This document shows positions 48,010 to 56,632 of a DNA stretch of 64,000 bases, one piece after another. The notes below the pieces were generated by a model, which was not told the origin of the DNA, searched no databases, and worked only from the letters and a program-made list of their open reading frames with translations. The first letter of the stretch is position 1; each line of letters starts with the position of its first letter. Source of the DNA: an uncultured Eubacteriales bacterium (GTDB lineage: Bacteria; Bacillota; JAAYKD01); contig CAYRNW010000011.1 in assembly GCA_964425745.1 (NCBI GenBank), positions 8,505 through 72,504 on the forward strand, in the 5' to 3' direction. Position numbers and translations under genes: made by a program.

Positions 48010-49209
48010 ATGAAATCCAGTCTTCGATTGCAACAAATATCCGCTTCGGTCACGGTGGCGCTCAATGGAAAAGTGGTAGAAATGAAAGCTCGCGGCGAGG
48101 ATCTTGTTGCCCTCAATGCCGGTGAACCTGATTTCCCCACACCTTCACCCATTGTAGAAGCGTGCCGCATTGCCCTCGCTGAAGGCAAAACCAAATATAT
48201 CAATAATGCGGGTCTACCCGAACTGCGCAAATCCATAGCCCATCGTTTATCGACCGACCACAACGTTCGCTACACCCCACAACAAATCTGCGTTTCCACC
48301 GGTGCCAAGCAAGCCCTTAACAACGCTGTTCTAGCCGTGGTCAACCCTGGACAAGAGGTCATCATCCCTACACCCGCATGGGTCAGCTATGTGGAAATCG
48401 TTAAATTAGCAGGAGGCGTTCCGGTGTTGGTGCCGAGCAATGAAGTGGATGACTTCCGCCTCGACCTACTTGCCATCCGCCGTGCAATCACCGCCAGAAC
48501 CGTTGCTATCTTGATTAACAACCCGCATAATCCCACCGGCGCTGTATACACAAAAGAGGATTTGGTCGAGCTCGCCGACATCGCCTTGGAGCACAATCTC
48601 TGGGTGATTGCTGACGAAGTTTACGAAAAATTGGTGTATCACGATGCGAATCACACCTGTTTCAGTGGATTGTCGCCCGATGCCTACGGTCGCACCATCT
48701 TGGTCAACGGTTTTTCCAAGGCCTATTCCATGACCGGATGGCGCTTGGGCTACACTGCTGCCCCCTTATCCCTCGCCGCCGGCATCGATGCACTGCAAAG
48801 TCATATGACCAGCAACGCCACAACCTTCGGCCAATACGGTGCTTTAGAGGCGTTAGAAGTGCGCAATGACAATGGGATAGAGAAGATGCGGCTGCAATTT
48901 GAGGCTCGCCGGGATTACATGCTCCAGCGTTGGCAGCAAATCCCGAATATTTTTGTTGCTCCTACATCAGGTGCTTTCTACTTTATGCCCAATGTCTCAG
49001 CTTATTTCGGCAAGATGACAGAGGCGGGTAGTGTCATCGAAACCTCGGGGGATCTTTGCACCTATTTGTTGGAAGAAGGCAAGGTAGCGCTTGTGCCAGG
49101 CGAAGCTTTTTATGCACCATATCATTTGCGCGTATCCTACGCCAATTCCATGGAAAACTTACAGCGCGGCATGGACAGAGTCGAAGCTGCACTTGCAAAA
49201 TTGAAGTAG
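48010..49209 (+). CDS. Class I/II PLP aminotransferase (aspartate aminotransferase-like)
   Basis: GEPDF, GAKQAL, NNPHNPTG, DEVY and NGFSKAYSMTGWRLG; GGAGG RBS before ATG 48010. Confidence 0.92.
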   Translation: MKSSLRLQQISASVTVALNGKVVEMKARGEDLVALNAGEPDFPTPSPIVEACRIALAEGKTKYINNAGLPELRKSIAHRLSTDHNVRYTPQQICVSTGAKQALNNAVLAVVNPGQEVIIPTPAWVSYVEIVKLAGGVPVLVPSNEVDDFRLDLLAIRRAITARTVAILINNPHNPTGAVYTKEDLVELADIALEHNLWVIADEVYEKLVYHDANHTCFSGLSPDAYGRTILVNGFSKAYSMTGWRLGYTAAPLSLAAGIDALQSHMTSNATTFGQYGALEALEVRNDNGIEKMRLQFEARRDYMLQRWQQIPNIFVAPTSGAFYFMPNVSAYFGKMTEAGSVIETSGDLCTYLLEEGKVALVPGEAFYAPYHLRVSYANSMENLQRGMDRVEAALAKLK

Positions 49210-49231
49210 GGAACGAGGTTGGGACAAGGTT

Positions 49232-49299
49232 GGGGACGGTTCTGTCCTCTTTATTTTTTCCAATTTAGTGGCAATTTTCTAGCCGACAGAACCGTCCCC
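49232..49299. repeat. 68-bp family-A REPIN
   Basis: GGGGACGGTTCTGTC...GACAGAACCGTCCCC. Confidence 0.9.
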
Positions 49300-49365
49300 A
49301 AGAATTAGTCCCCAAGAATTTAAGAATCATATTTACCCAAACCATAATAAAAGGAGGAAATATTT

Positions 49366-49797
49366 ATGCGTACAATCGATTCTTTTTCTAAAACTGTTGG
49401 TTCCATGTCTACCTTCAACGAGATGCTTTCTTGCGGTGCCAAAAACCTGGCTCTTGGTGTTCCTGTTTTGGACAAAGCTTTGCGCGACGAGCACATGGTA
49501 TATGCAAAGCAAATCTGTGAAGAAACCGGCACCAAGTGTGTCGAGGAAGACGACCCGTTCCTGACCGATCTTTTCCGGGCATCGCTCAACAAAGATAAAT
49601 ACAACATTCTCTTTTATAAGGATGAGTTCTATCTTAATGCATACTATCACCTCAAAGCACGAAAAAAAGCGTTGGTCGAGTCGGGGAACTATTCGGGCGA
49701 AGCTCGATATATGATCGCCTACGACTTTGGTAAATTACTCAGCTATACCGATGAAGCCATCCACCGCATGATTGCGGCTTGCGTAGATCGAGAGTAA
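49366..49797 (+). CDS. Hypothetical protein
   Basis: 143 aa with a strong AAGGAGG RBS; no recognised motif. Confidence 0.75.
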   Translation: MRTIDSFSKTVGSMSTFNEMLSCGAKNLALGVPVLDKALRDEHMVYAKQICEETGTKCVEEDDPFLTDLFRASLNKDKYNILFYKDEFYLNAYYHLKARKKALVESGNYSGEARYMIAYDFGKLLSYTDEAIHRMIAACVDRE

Positions 49798-49848
49798 AAA
49801 TAGAGGTAATTTTTTTGTGAATTCTTGGATATTCTCAATCTCGTCCTT

Positions 49849-49916
49849 GGGGACGGTTCTATCGACCGTTTTTTTGCCACTAAACTGGTAAAAATCGAGG
49901 GGAGAGAACCGTCCCC
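49849..49916. repeat. 68-bp family-A REPIN
   Basis: GGGGACGGTTCTATC...GAGGGGAGAGAACCGTCCCC. Confidence 0.9.
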
Positions 49917-50058
49917 AAGAAGAAATCCAAGAAGAATTCCAAATCGAAATCCGGTGTCAAATGTGTCAAGTGGATATGTTGACAAGCGCGACGCTGCCCA
50001 AAACTATCCTGTCAATACAAATGCTTTACAGATAAAACGTCGTCAGAGGGGGATTTTA

Positions 50059-50802
50059 ATGTCCGATTCAGGCCTCCCATTTGTCGTTCCAAAAGCTGAA
50101 GATTTTAAAAACCTGATTGAACAATTCCCATTTCCTGTACAAATTTTCTCCCTCGATGGAACCGCTCGCTATATCAACAAAGCCTGTCTCGATTTGATTG
50201 GTATCCTCACTGTTGAATCGCATATCGGGCATTATAACGTTTTTCGAGACCCGATTGTCACTCAACATCACGCTGAAGAAGAGATCAAGCGCGTGCTCAG
50301 TGGGGATGTTGTGGTCTTGACCGATTTTATGGCGAGTTATCGCGAAATGATGAAACATTTCAAGGTGGCTGATCGCGATGTTTCCGGAATCAGCTCCGAT
50401 ATATTCAATTTCCCGATTTATAACGAAGATGGTAGCATGGACTATTTTGCCTCGGTTTTTGTGATTCGCACACTTTACAAAGGCAATGAGGAGGTTGCTC
50501 GGGTTCGTCAGTATTTGCAAGAGCACTGGTTAGAACCCTATGATTCAACACAAATCGCCAATCTCGCACGCTTGAGCAAATCGCACTTTTCTAAACTCTT
50601 CAAAAAGCAGGTTGGGGTGACGCCCTACCAATATTATATCGATCTCAAAATCAACAACTTGAAGTCAAAACTCCTGGAACCCAACTTGTCGGTAGCACAA
50701 GCGTTTGCGGAATGCAATTTAGATTATAATGGCCATTATGCCAAATTGTTTCGAGATAAAGTGGGGGTTTCACCCTCGGAATATCGCCACAAACCGGTAT
50801 AA
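50059..50802 (+). CDS. AraC-family regulator with N-terminal PAS-like domain
   Basis: LIEQFPFPVQIFSLDG..RYIN (PAS-like); LSKSHFSKLFKK.VG.TP and LFRDKVGVSPSEYR. Confidence 0.85.
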   Translation: MSDSGLPFVVPKAEDFKNLIEQFPFPVQIFSLDGTARYINKACLDLIGILTVESHIGHYNVFRDPIVTQHHAEEEIKRVLSGDVVVLTDFMASYREMMKHFKVADRDVSGISSDIFNFPIYNEDGSMDYFASVFVIRTLYKGNEEVARVRQYLQEHWLEPYDSTQIANLARLSKSHFSKLFKKQVGVTPYQYYIDLKINNLKSKLLEPNLSVAQAFAECNLDYNGHYAKLFRDKVGVSPSEYRHKPV

Positions 50803-50851
50803 GACGATGAAGCAGATCATTAAATTAATTTACATTAAAATTACTTTACAA

Positions 50852-50890
50852 AAAAAAGGAAGCCACCATCAAAAGTGGACTTCCTTTTTT
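50852..50890. terminator. Bidirectional terminator
   Basis: AAAAAAGGAAG-CCAC / GTGG-ACTTCCTTTTTT between convergent genes. Confidence 0.7.
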
Positions 50891-50906
50891 CGTTGTAGAG
50901 CAGCCG

Positions 50907-50940
50907 ATTTCGCACGAGGGGTCTGACCCCTCTGCGAAAT
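50907..50940. repeat. Family-B palindrome
   Basis: ATTTCGCACGAGGGGTCTGACCCCTCTGCGAAAT. Confidence 0.88.
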
Positions 50941-50945
50941 TAACG

Positions 50946-53900
50946 CTATTTTTTTGCGGTTAGTTTCATTTCCCAGACGATTTTGGCGGTTTGTTCGTTC
51001 AAGATTTGGTTTTGCGGCTTGAGGGTGCCATCGGTGTAGCCGTTGAAGAAGCCAAGCGCCACCGCCTGCGCCATCCCTTTTTCCGCATAATCGCTAATCG
51101 TGGTTTGATCGGCAAACCCTTGCAAGTTGGCTGAATCCTCCTCAGGTAACAAATCCGCATTCCGCAAGGAAAAGCCTCGCAACAACATCGTCGCCGCATC
51201 TTGTCGGGTCACCGTATCCCCGGGCGCAAAGACGACATCGCTCCTGCCGTTAATGACCCCGCAGCGGTATGCCAACTCCATCGCTTGCCGGTCTGCATCC
51301 ACCAGATCAACATCGCCAAACGGGAAGCCCTGTCGCACCGCATCGGCCTCGGTCAACCCCAACGCGCGCACCACCGCACCGGCAAATTCGGCTCGCGTGG
51401 TTGAAACCCCGGCAGAGAACCGTCCCCAAGAATCCAAGTTCATGATTCCGGCGTTTACCACCGAAGAGACGTAGTTTTTGGACCAATCAGGAACTTCGGC
51501 AAAATTGGCAATGGTCACAGGATAGCGCACCGCAACGCCCGAAACTGCAACATTTCCTCTATACATGCCCATTTCCGTCACAAAATCCAAAGGATTCACT
51601 ACAAAACGATCCACACTGCGCAATTGCTCTAACTGGAAAAGCAAATCAAAATGCCGCACATCGCTCGGCAAATAGTCGTCGTAATGGTAGATTACCGGTG
51701 CCGGTGGGATCACGGAAGGATCTTTTAAAGCCACCCCTTCAATGCTCATGCCACTCACAACGTGCCGTGTTTGGAAGAGATCTTCGGTTTGCAACGCATC
51801 GGCCGTCTCTCCCTCCACCGCATAAACATACGACACGGGCACAGCGTTGAACTCGGGATGCCCACTCAAATTTTGCACCGCCAACAACCAATTCGGTTCC
51901 GAAACGGTCACCAGCTGATTCATCGGCCGTCCGGTAGAAGGATTCTTCACCACCTGCCACTCCTCATGATCCACCGTCGCCGGCACATCCTGCAAGCGTT
52001 CCTCCCATTTCCATAAGAAATGTGCCATGCTCACTGCACCTTCGGTAAGCGGAATTTGCGTCAAGGTCTGATTATTCGCTGTCGAAACATTCAGTTGCGG
52101 CTCGTTTGGCATCTCATACAGCAAGTCGGGGAAGGGAGGTCCCACGTAGTACTCATAATGAAGGGGATAGCGAACATCGGCAGCCGGAAATTGCACCGTG
52201 CCAATGTCTTGAATCACCTGGTCCTGGGCAAAACTTTGAGTATAACCTTCCGGCACTCGCCCTAAACTGACCTCTAAGTCCGCGCTGCCACTGTAGGTGC
52301 GATTGCCGTTGTGATTGACCGCCACCACATGTAAGGCCACCTGATGTTGGATGCCAATTGTTTTCCCAGCAAGGTCCAGAATCACCACCGGATAATCTTC
52401 GATCATCCGATGCACCGTCACATGATGACTGGTCAAATGGCCACCGGCACCGGTCGGTTCATAGGTTCCATAGAGGAAACCATCGACATTGACTTGCCAG
52501 CGCATTTCATGATTGGGCTTGACGTTATAGGCTTGGTTGATCATGGTATTGACGCCATCGAAACTGCCGTGCTGAAGAGGCGTATACTCGGTATCTACAC
52601 CATTGGCATGAATCCAGGCTTCTTCGGTCTGCTGGGTTAAAACACTGGTCGCATACAGCTTCACCGGACCCTGATATTTGATCCAACTTTGTGTTTGAAA
52701 ATCCAAATCGATGTTTGGCACATCCAAAACGGTCAAATCGGGTCCGCTCAAACCCGGGAAGGTCACTTTCTCTTCAAAAAAGTCAGCCCAGACGCGACTA
52801 TTGCCATAGAAATCCGATGTTTTCCCAAGTACCTTCTCAGCACCAAAAGGAGTAGAAGCTTGAATCAAATCGGTTTGACCCTGAAAACCGGGAGCATAAA
52901 TCAGAATCTGGTCGCCTTTTTGCACATCGAGCGTGGAAAGATCAACCGAAGCAGCCCCTTGTCCATCGGTTTGCACGGGAATCAGATGGTCCGGTGTGGC
53001 GGTACCTTGTTTGGGATCCTTGCCATTGCGATAATACTTGACCTCGAGGGTGCGTAAGGCAAAGGGCTCTTTATCACTGAAGGGAGGGGCGTTCGACGTG
53101 GTTGCACCGGCCATCCGTTTGGTCATGGCTGCCAAATTGAGGCGATCTTGATACACGCAGAGGCGGCTGAAGTAGAAAATCACGTCATCGGCGGGGTTAA
53201 AGCTTTTGTTGCGTTGTAAAAGGGGCTCCTGCAGCTTGAAAAGGTCGGTGGTGTCATCGAGGATGACCACAAAGGCATGCAAGACAAAATCGACCCCATA
53301 ACTCATGGTGTGCTCCTGGGTGGTGGCATAGGTGTAAAAGCCTAAGCGAAGCTGAGCACCGAAAACATCGACATCGAGGATTTCTAAATTGACCAACGGT
53401 GTGATGTAGAGACCGGCTTCAATGTTTCCCATGGGGTCACACTCGGCATCGGAGTAATGGTCGTAGTCGGTGTTAAGATGGAAAGAAGTGGGAACACCAA
53501 AGCTGGTGCCGCCGTGTACCGAGGCCGTAGCCAGGACTCCTTCAGATGCCTTTACAGTGAGCGTGATGTCGCCGTTGACGTCAACTACCAGATAAACCCC
53601 GATTTTGATGCTGCCGAGGCCGGGAATTGGTACCGAAATGGCAAAAACCGGTAGATACACCTCTTCGTTGAGGGTGACATCGAACATGAGGTTCAGTTCA
53701 ATAAACTGGGCGGCATCGACAAAACCGAACTCGTAGCCATCGAACAGCGAATATTCGGCAACCATGCCGGGGCTGACGCCTAAAGCTCCGCGCAGTGCGA
53801 GTTTAATGGTGTCGCTACTGTCGGTGTTGCCATAGGGATGGAAGGTGTAGGTGCCGTCGTATTCGTAGATTTTGGTGCCACGCTGATTGAATTTCATGCG

Positions 53901-54401
53901 GATGTCTTGCATGAGGCCGGGACCAGTACTGCTGAATAAGGTTTGGGTGGTCGTTTCACCGGGTGCTTGGGAGGCCTGTTGAGCAAGAAAGGCGTCGATG
54001 TCTATCCCTTTCACGTCGTATTCAACGATGTTGTCTTGCCTGGGAGCGATTTCTTGCCGGGGGATGCTGAACTCACGAAACAAATCGTACATGGAGGGTT
54101 TGGCAATTAAGTAGGCACCGGAATCGAGTTTGCGGAGGATTTTAGCGCTTTGTTGCAGGGTTTCATCCACTAAAATGTCACCAGGAGAAAATTCCGCACC
54201 GGGCCAAAGTAGCGTATTGCCGAGATGGGTGGCTGGGGAGAGGCTGAGAAGCTGAACCTTATCTTGATAGGTGTAGGTCACGTCTTGCACCAGCACCGGA
54301 GAGGTTTCTGTTAGTAGAGCGGCCTCAGCGTGCTGTGGTGGAGGGAGATAGATGGAGAGCAGGGATAGAAGAAGTGCTATGGAGATAAAACGCTTTTGCA
54401 T
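50946..54401 (-). CDS. Large secreted protein with three C-terminal SLH domains
   Basis: Signal peptide, about 950 aa unassigned region, SLH motifs (W...Y...GIM...TRAEFA; GVING...TRQDAA; GFFNGYTDG). Confidence 0.85.
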   Translation of the reverse strand: MQKRFISIALLLSLLSIYLPPPQHAEAALLTETSPVLVQDVTYTYQDKVQLLSLSPATHLGNTLLWPGAEFSPGDILVDETLQQSAKILRKLDSGAYLIAKPSMYDLFREFSIPRQEIAPRQDNIVEYDVKGIDIDAFLAQQASQAPGETTTQTLFSSTGPGLMQDIRMKFNQRGTKIYEYDGTYTFHPYGNTDSSDTIKLALRGALGVSPGMVAEYSLFDGYEFGFVDAAQFIELNLMFDVTLNEEVYLPVFAISVPIPGLGSIKIGVYLVVDVNGDITLTVKASEGVLATASVHGGTSFGVPTSFHLNTDYDHYSDAECDPMGNIEAGLYITPLVNLEILDVDVFGAQLRLGFYTYATTQEHTMSYGVDFVLHAFVVILDDTTDLFKLQEPLLQRNKSFNPADDVIFYFSRLCVYQDRLNLAAMTKRMAGATTSNAPPFSDKEPFALRTLEVKYYRNGKDPKQGTATPDHLIPVQTDGQGAASVDLSTLDVQKGDQILIYAPGFQGQTDLIQASTPFGAEKVLGKTSDFYGNSRVWADFFEEKVTFPGLSGPDLTVLDVPNIDLDFQTQSWIKYQGPVKLYATSVLTQQTEEAWIHANGVDTEYTPLQHGSFDGVNTMINQAYNVKPNHEMRWQVNVDGFLYGTYEPTGAGGHLTSHHVTVHRMIEDYPVVILDLAGKTIGIQHQVALHVVAVNHNGNRTYSGSADLEVSLGRVPEGYTQSFAQDQVIQDIGTVQFPAADVRYPLHYEYYVGPPFPDLLYEMPNEPQLNVSTANNQTLTQIPLTEGAVSMAHFLWKWEERLQDVPATVDHEEWQVVKNPSTGRPMNQLVTVSEPNWLLAVQNLSGHPEFNAVPVSYVYAVEGETADALQTEDLFQTRHVVSGMSIEGVALKDPSVIPPAPVIYHYDDYLPSDVRHFDLLFQLEQLRSVDRFVVNPLDFVTEMGMYRGNVAVSGVAVRYPVTIANFAEVPDWSKNYVSSVVNAGIMNLDSWGRFSAGVSTTRAEFAGAVVRALGLTEADAVRQGFPFGDVDLVDADRQAMELAYRCGVINGRSDVVFAPGDTVTRQDAATMLLRGFSLRNADLLPEEDSANLQGFADQTTISDYAEKGMAQAVALGFFNGYTDGTLKPQNQILNEQTAKIVWEMKLTAKK
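51411..51434 (-). repeat. Family-A REP arm within an SLH motif
   Basis: GGCAGAGAACCGTCCCCAAGAATC (+ strand), matching the arm plus the usual AAGA flank. Confidence 0.85.
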
Positions 54402-54662
54402 GAACCATCATCCTTTCACCTCGAATAGTTTAATATTCGACAAAATCGGACAGACTTCCTTTTCTTGGGGACGGTTCTCTGCCACGCATTTCTGCCATTA
54501 AATTACCAGTCAAAGCAGTCTCATGAGCGTTACCGAATCGTCAACCGAATCTTTAGCCGAAGGATTTTTTTGGAGGGTGGTTAGACTTCAGCATGCTATT
54601 TTTTTAGTTTCAAGAAATACGACGTGAATTAACACGATTAGATTGACGCTATGGGATGCACA

Positions 54663-54701
54663 CCACGAACCACCTCCACGAACCACCTCCACGAGCTACC
54701 T
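54663..54701 (+). repeat. 13-bp tandem repeat x3
   Basis: CCACGAACCACCT twice, then CCACGAGCTACCT. Confidence 0.8.
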
Positions 54702-54730
54702 CCTTCAAGCTCTTCATTCTCTCTCAAATA

Positions 54731-54759
54731 TTGACAATGATCTGGAATGGTGGTATAAC
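54731..54759 (+). promoter_or_regulatory. Sigma-A promoter for the GNAT gene
   Basis: TTGACA, 17 bp, TATAAC with a TG extension. Confidence 0.65.
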
Positions 54760-54884
54760 ATCATAGATAGTTCGTTTCTTCACAAATAGAAAGCGAATTT
54801 TCACCAAAACCCCTAAGAAAAACACCACAATTTTCACCAAAACCCTCGAAAAATTCACCCCAAGAGAGAAGGAATCTACCTCAG

Positions 54885-55439
54885 ATGTTTATCTTTGAAA
54901 CCGACCACCTCATTATCCGCAAGTTTAGAGCAGAGGACGCAGCCGCACTTTACACGTACCTTTCTGACCCTGAAGTTGTGAAATATGAACCCTACCCGCC
55001 CTTTACGCTTTCTGAATGCGAAGCAGAATGCCTCGCTCGCGTCACCGATGACCGTTTTTATGCCGTCTGCTTAAAGTCCGAGGGCACCCTGATCGGCCAC
55101 CTGTATGCAGCTCAACAAAACGAAAAATTCGCCACCTGGATCGTTGGCTACGTCTTCAACCGCAGCTATCACGGACGCGGATATGCCACGGAAGCCACTC
55201 GCGGACTGCTGGGCTATCTGTTTTCACACTGCCAAGCCCACCGCGTCATGGCAAAATGTGACCCCAAAAACGCCCCCTCCTGGAAACTTTTGGAACGACT
55301 TGGCATGCGAAGAGAAGCACACCATAAAAGTGAAGTTTTTTTCAAACAGGATAGCCTTGGGCTGCCGCTCTGGAAGGATACCTTCGTGTATGCCATGCTG
55401 CGTGAAGAGTGGGAGCAGATGCGCGAACCCAAAAGCTGA
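54885..55439 (+). CDS. GNAT N-acetyltransferase (RimJ/RimL type)
   Basis: ETDHLIIR, YHGRGYATEA and N.PSWKLLERLGMRRE. Confidence 0.9.
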   Translation: MFIFETDHLIIRKFRAEDAAALYTYLSDPEVVKYEPYPPFTLSECEAECLARVTDDRFYAVCLKSEGTLIGHLYAAQQNEKFATWIVGYVFNRSYHGRGYATEATRGLLGYLFSHCQAHRVMAKCDPKNAPSWKLLERLGMRREAHHKSEVFFKQDSLGLPLWKDTFVYAMLREEWEQMREPKS

Positions 55440-55441
55440 GT

Positions 55442-55544
55442 TGACCGAAGATGTTGAAGGTGACTGACGATTTTTAAGGTGACTGACGATGTTGAACGTA
55501 ACCGAAGACGTTGAAGATGAAGACTATGAAGACTATGAAGACTA
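55442..55544 (+). repeat. Four degenerate 19-bp tandem repeats followed by TGAAGACTA x3
   Basis: TGACCGAAGATGTTGAAGG, TGACTGACGATTTTTAAGG, TGACTGACGATGTTGAACG, TAACCGAAGACGTTGAAGA. Confidence 0.8.
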
Positions 55545-55741
55545 TAATGAAGTTGAAAATTAAGCCTACAGAAACCTAAACTCGGGTGCAGTGAACTTGG
55601 ACGAAGTTTAAATCGTAGAGAATAGATTTTGAATGGGACAACAGCTTGAGGGGCGTGAAAAATTTTTCGGAAAAGAAGCTTGAATGGAAAATAACTGGAT
55701 AAAAAGCGGGGGAGAGAACCGTCCCCAACATGGAGGAACCT

Positions 55742-56632
55742 ATGCAACTCGATATTCAACAGATCAGTAAATCGTTTGGCAGCAATCTTGTGTTAGATAA
55801 GATCAGCCTGCAAGCAGAGAGTGGAAAAGCAGTAGGCTTGCTGGGGCGTAACGGTGCCGGCAAAACCACCGCCATCCGCATTATCATGGGTGTTTTTGGA
55901 CCCGACTCAGGCCAGGTTTTGCTCGATGGCAAGCCCATAAACCGCGACCGCATCACCATCGGATATCTGCCGGAAGAGCGCGGATTATACCCAAAAAAGG
56001 TGATTCTTGAGCAACTCATCTACTTTGGTATGCTAAAAGGCATGAAAAAAGCCGATGCCAAAGCCTCTGCCGAGCGCTGGGCAGCCAAAATGGAGATGTC
56101 CGACACGCTCAACCGCCGCCTCGATACACTATCGAAGGGAAATCAACAGAAAATTCAGCTGGTAGCGACGCTGATCGCCAACCCGCAAATCATCATTTTA
56201 GACGAACCCTTTTCCGGACTCGACCCGGTTAACGCCATGATGCTGAAGGATATTGTCAAAGAGCAGATTGAAGACAACAAAATCGTGCTATTTTCCTCGC
56301 ATCAGATGAACTATATTGAGGAATTCTGCGACGATATCGCCATTTTGAACGGCGGCAGCATCGTGCTTAGCGGCAATATTGGCAAAATCAAACGCAGCTA
56401 CGACCGCACCACCATCTTGATTAGCTCTACGCAGCTGAGCAAAATCCAGGACCAAATCGACTATCCTAGCCGTATCAAAGACGATCAACTCTGGGTGAAA
56501 CTCAATAATGAAGCTGAAAAGGGCGATTTGTTGATCAAACTTGCGCAACTGCAGGTGGATATTGACGAAATCAAGGTTTTTGAACCATCCCTCAACGATA
56601 TCTTTGTAGAATATACGGAGGGTCGAATCTAA
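55742..56632 (+). CDS. ABC-2 transporter ATP-binding protein (NatA/YhaQ-like)
   Basis: GRNGAGKTT, GYLPEERGLY, LSKGNQQK, LDEPFSGLDP and SSH. Confidence 0.9.
   Translation: MQLDIQQISKSFGSNLVLDKISLQAESGKAVGLLGRNGAGKTTAIRIIMGVFGPDSGQVLLDGKPINRDRITIGYLPEERGLYPKKVILEQLIYFGMLKGMKKADAKASAERWAAKMEMSDTLNRRLDTLSKGNQQKIQLVATLIANPQIIILDEPFSGLDPVNAMMLKDIVKEQIEDNKIVLFSSHQMNYIEEFCDDIAILNGGSIVLSGNIGKIKRSYDRTTILISSTQLSKIQDQIDYPSRIKDDQLWVKLNNEAEKGDLLIKLAQLQVDIDEIKVFEPSLNDIFVEYTEGRI

Larger units (their letters stand above)
54467..55726. mobile_element. Candidate cargo-bearing element: family-A arms enclosing a promoter and a GNAT gene
   Basis: Unpaired left arm at 54467 and unpaired right arm ending 55726, in the same orientation as around the RAYT gene. 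Confidence 0.55.

Noticed and set aside
47870-49916. Clustered repeats as a CRISPR array
   Set aside because: Copies are inverted pairs dispersed between genes, not direct repeats with regular unique spacers; no cas genes.
49825-50058. N-terminal extension of the AraC ORF
   Set aside because: It reads through a REPIN; the RBS supports ATG 50059.
55214-55759. 181-aa minus-strand ORF
   Set aside because: It spans a REP arm, tandem repeats and the antisense of the GNAT gene; low complexity.
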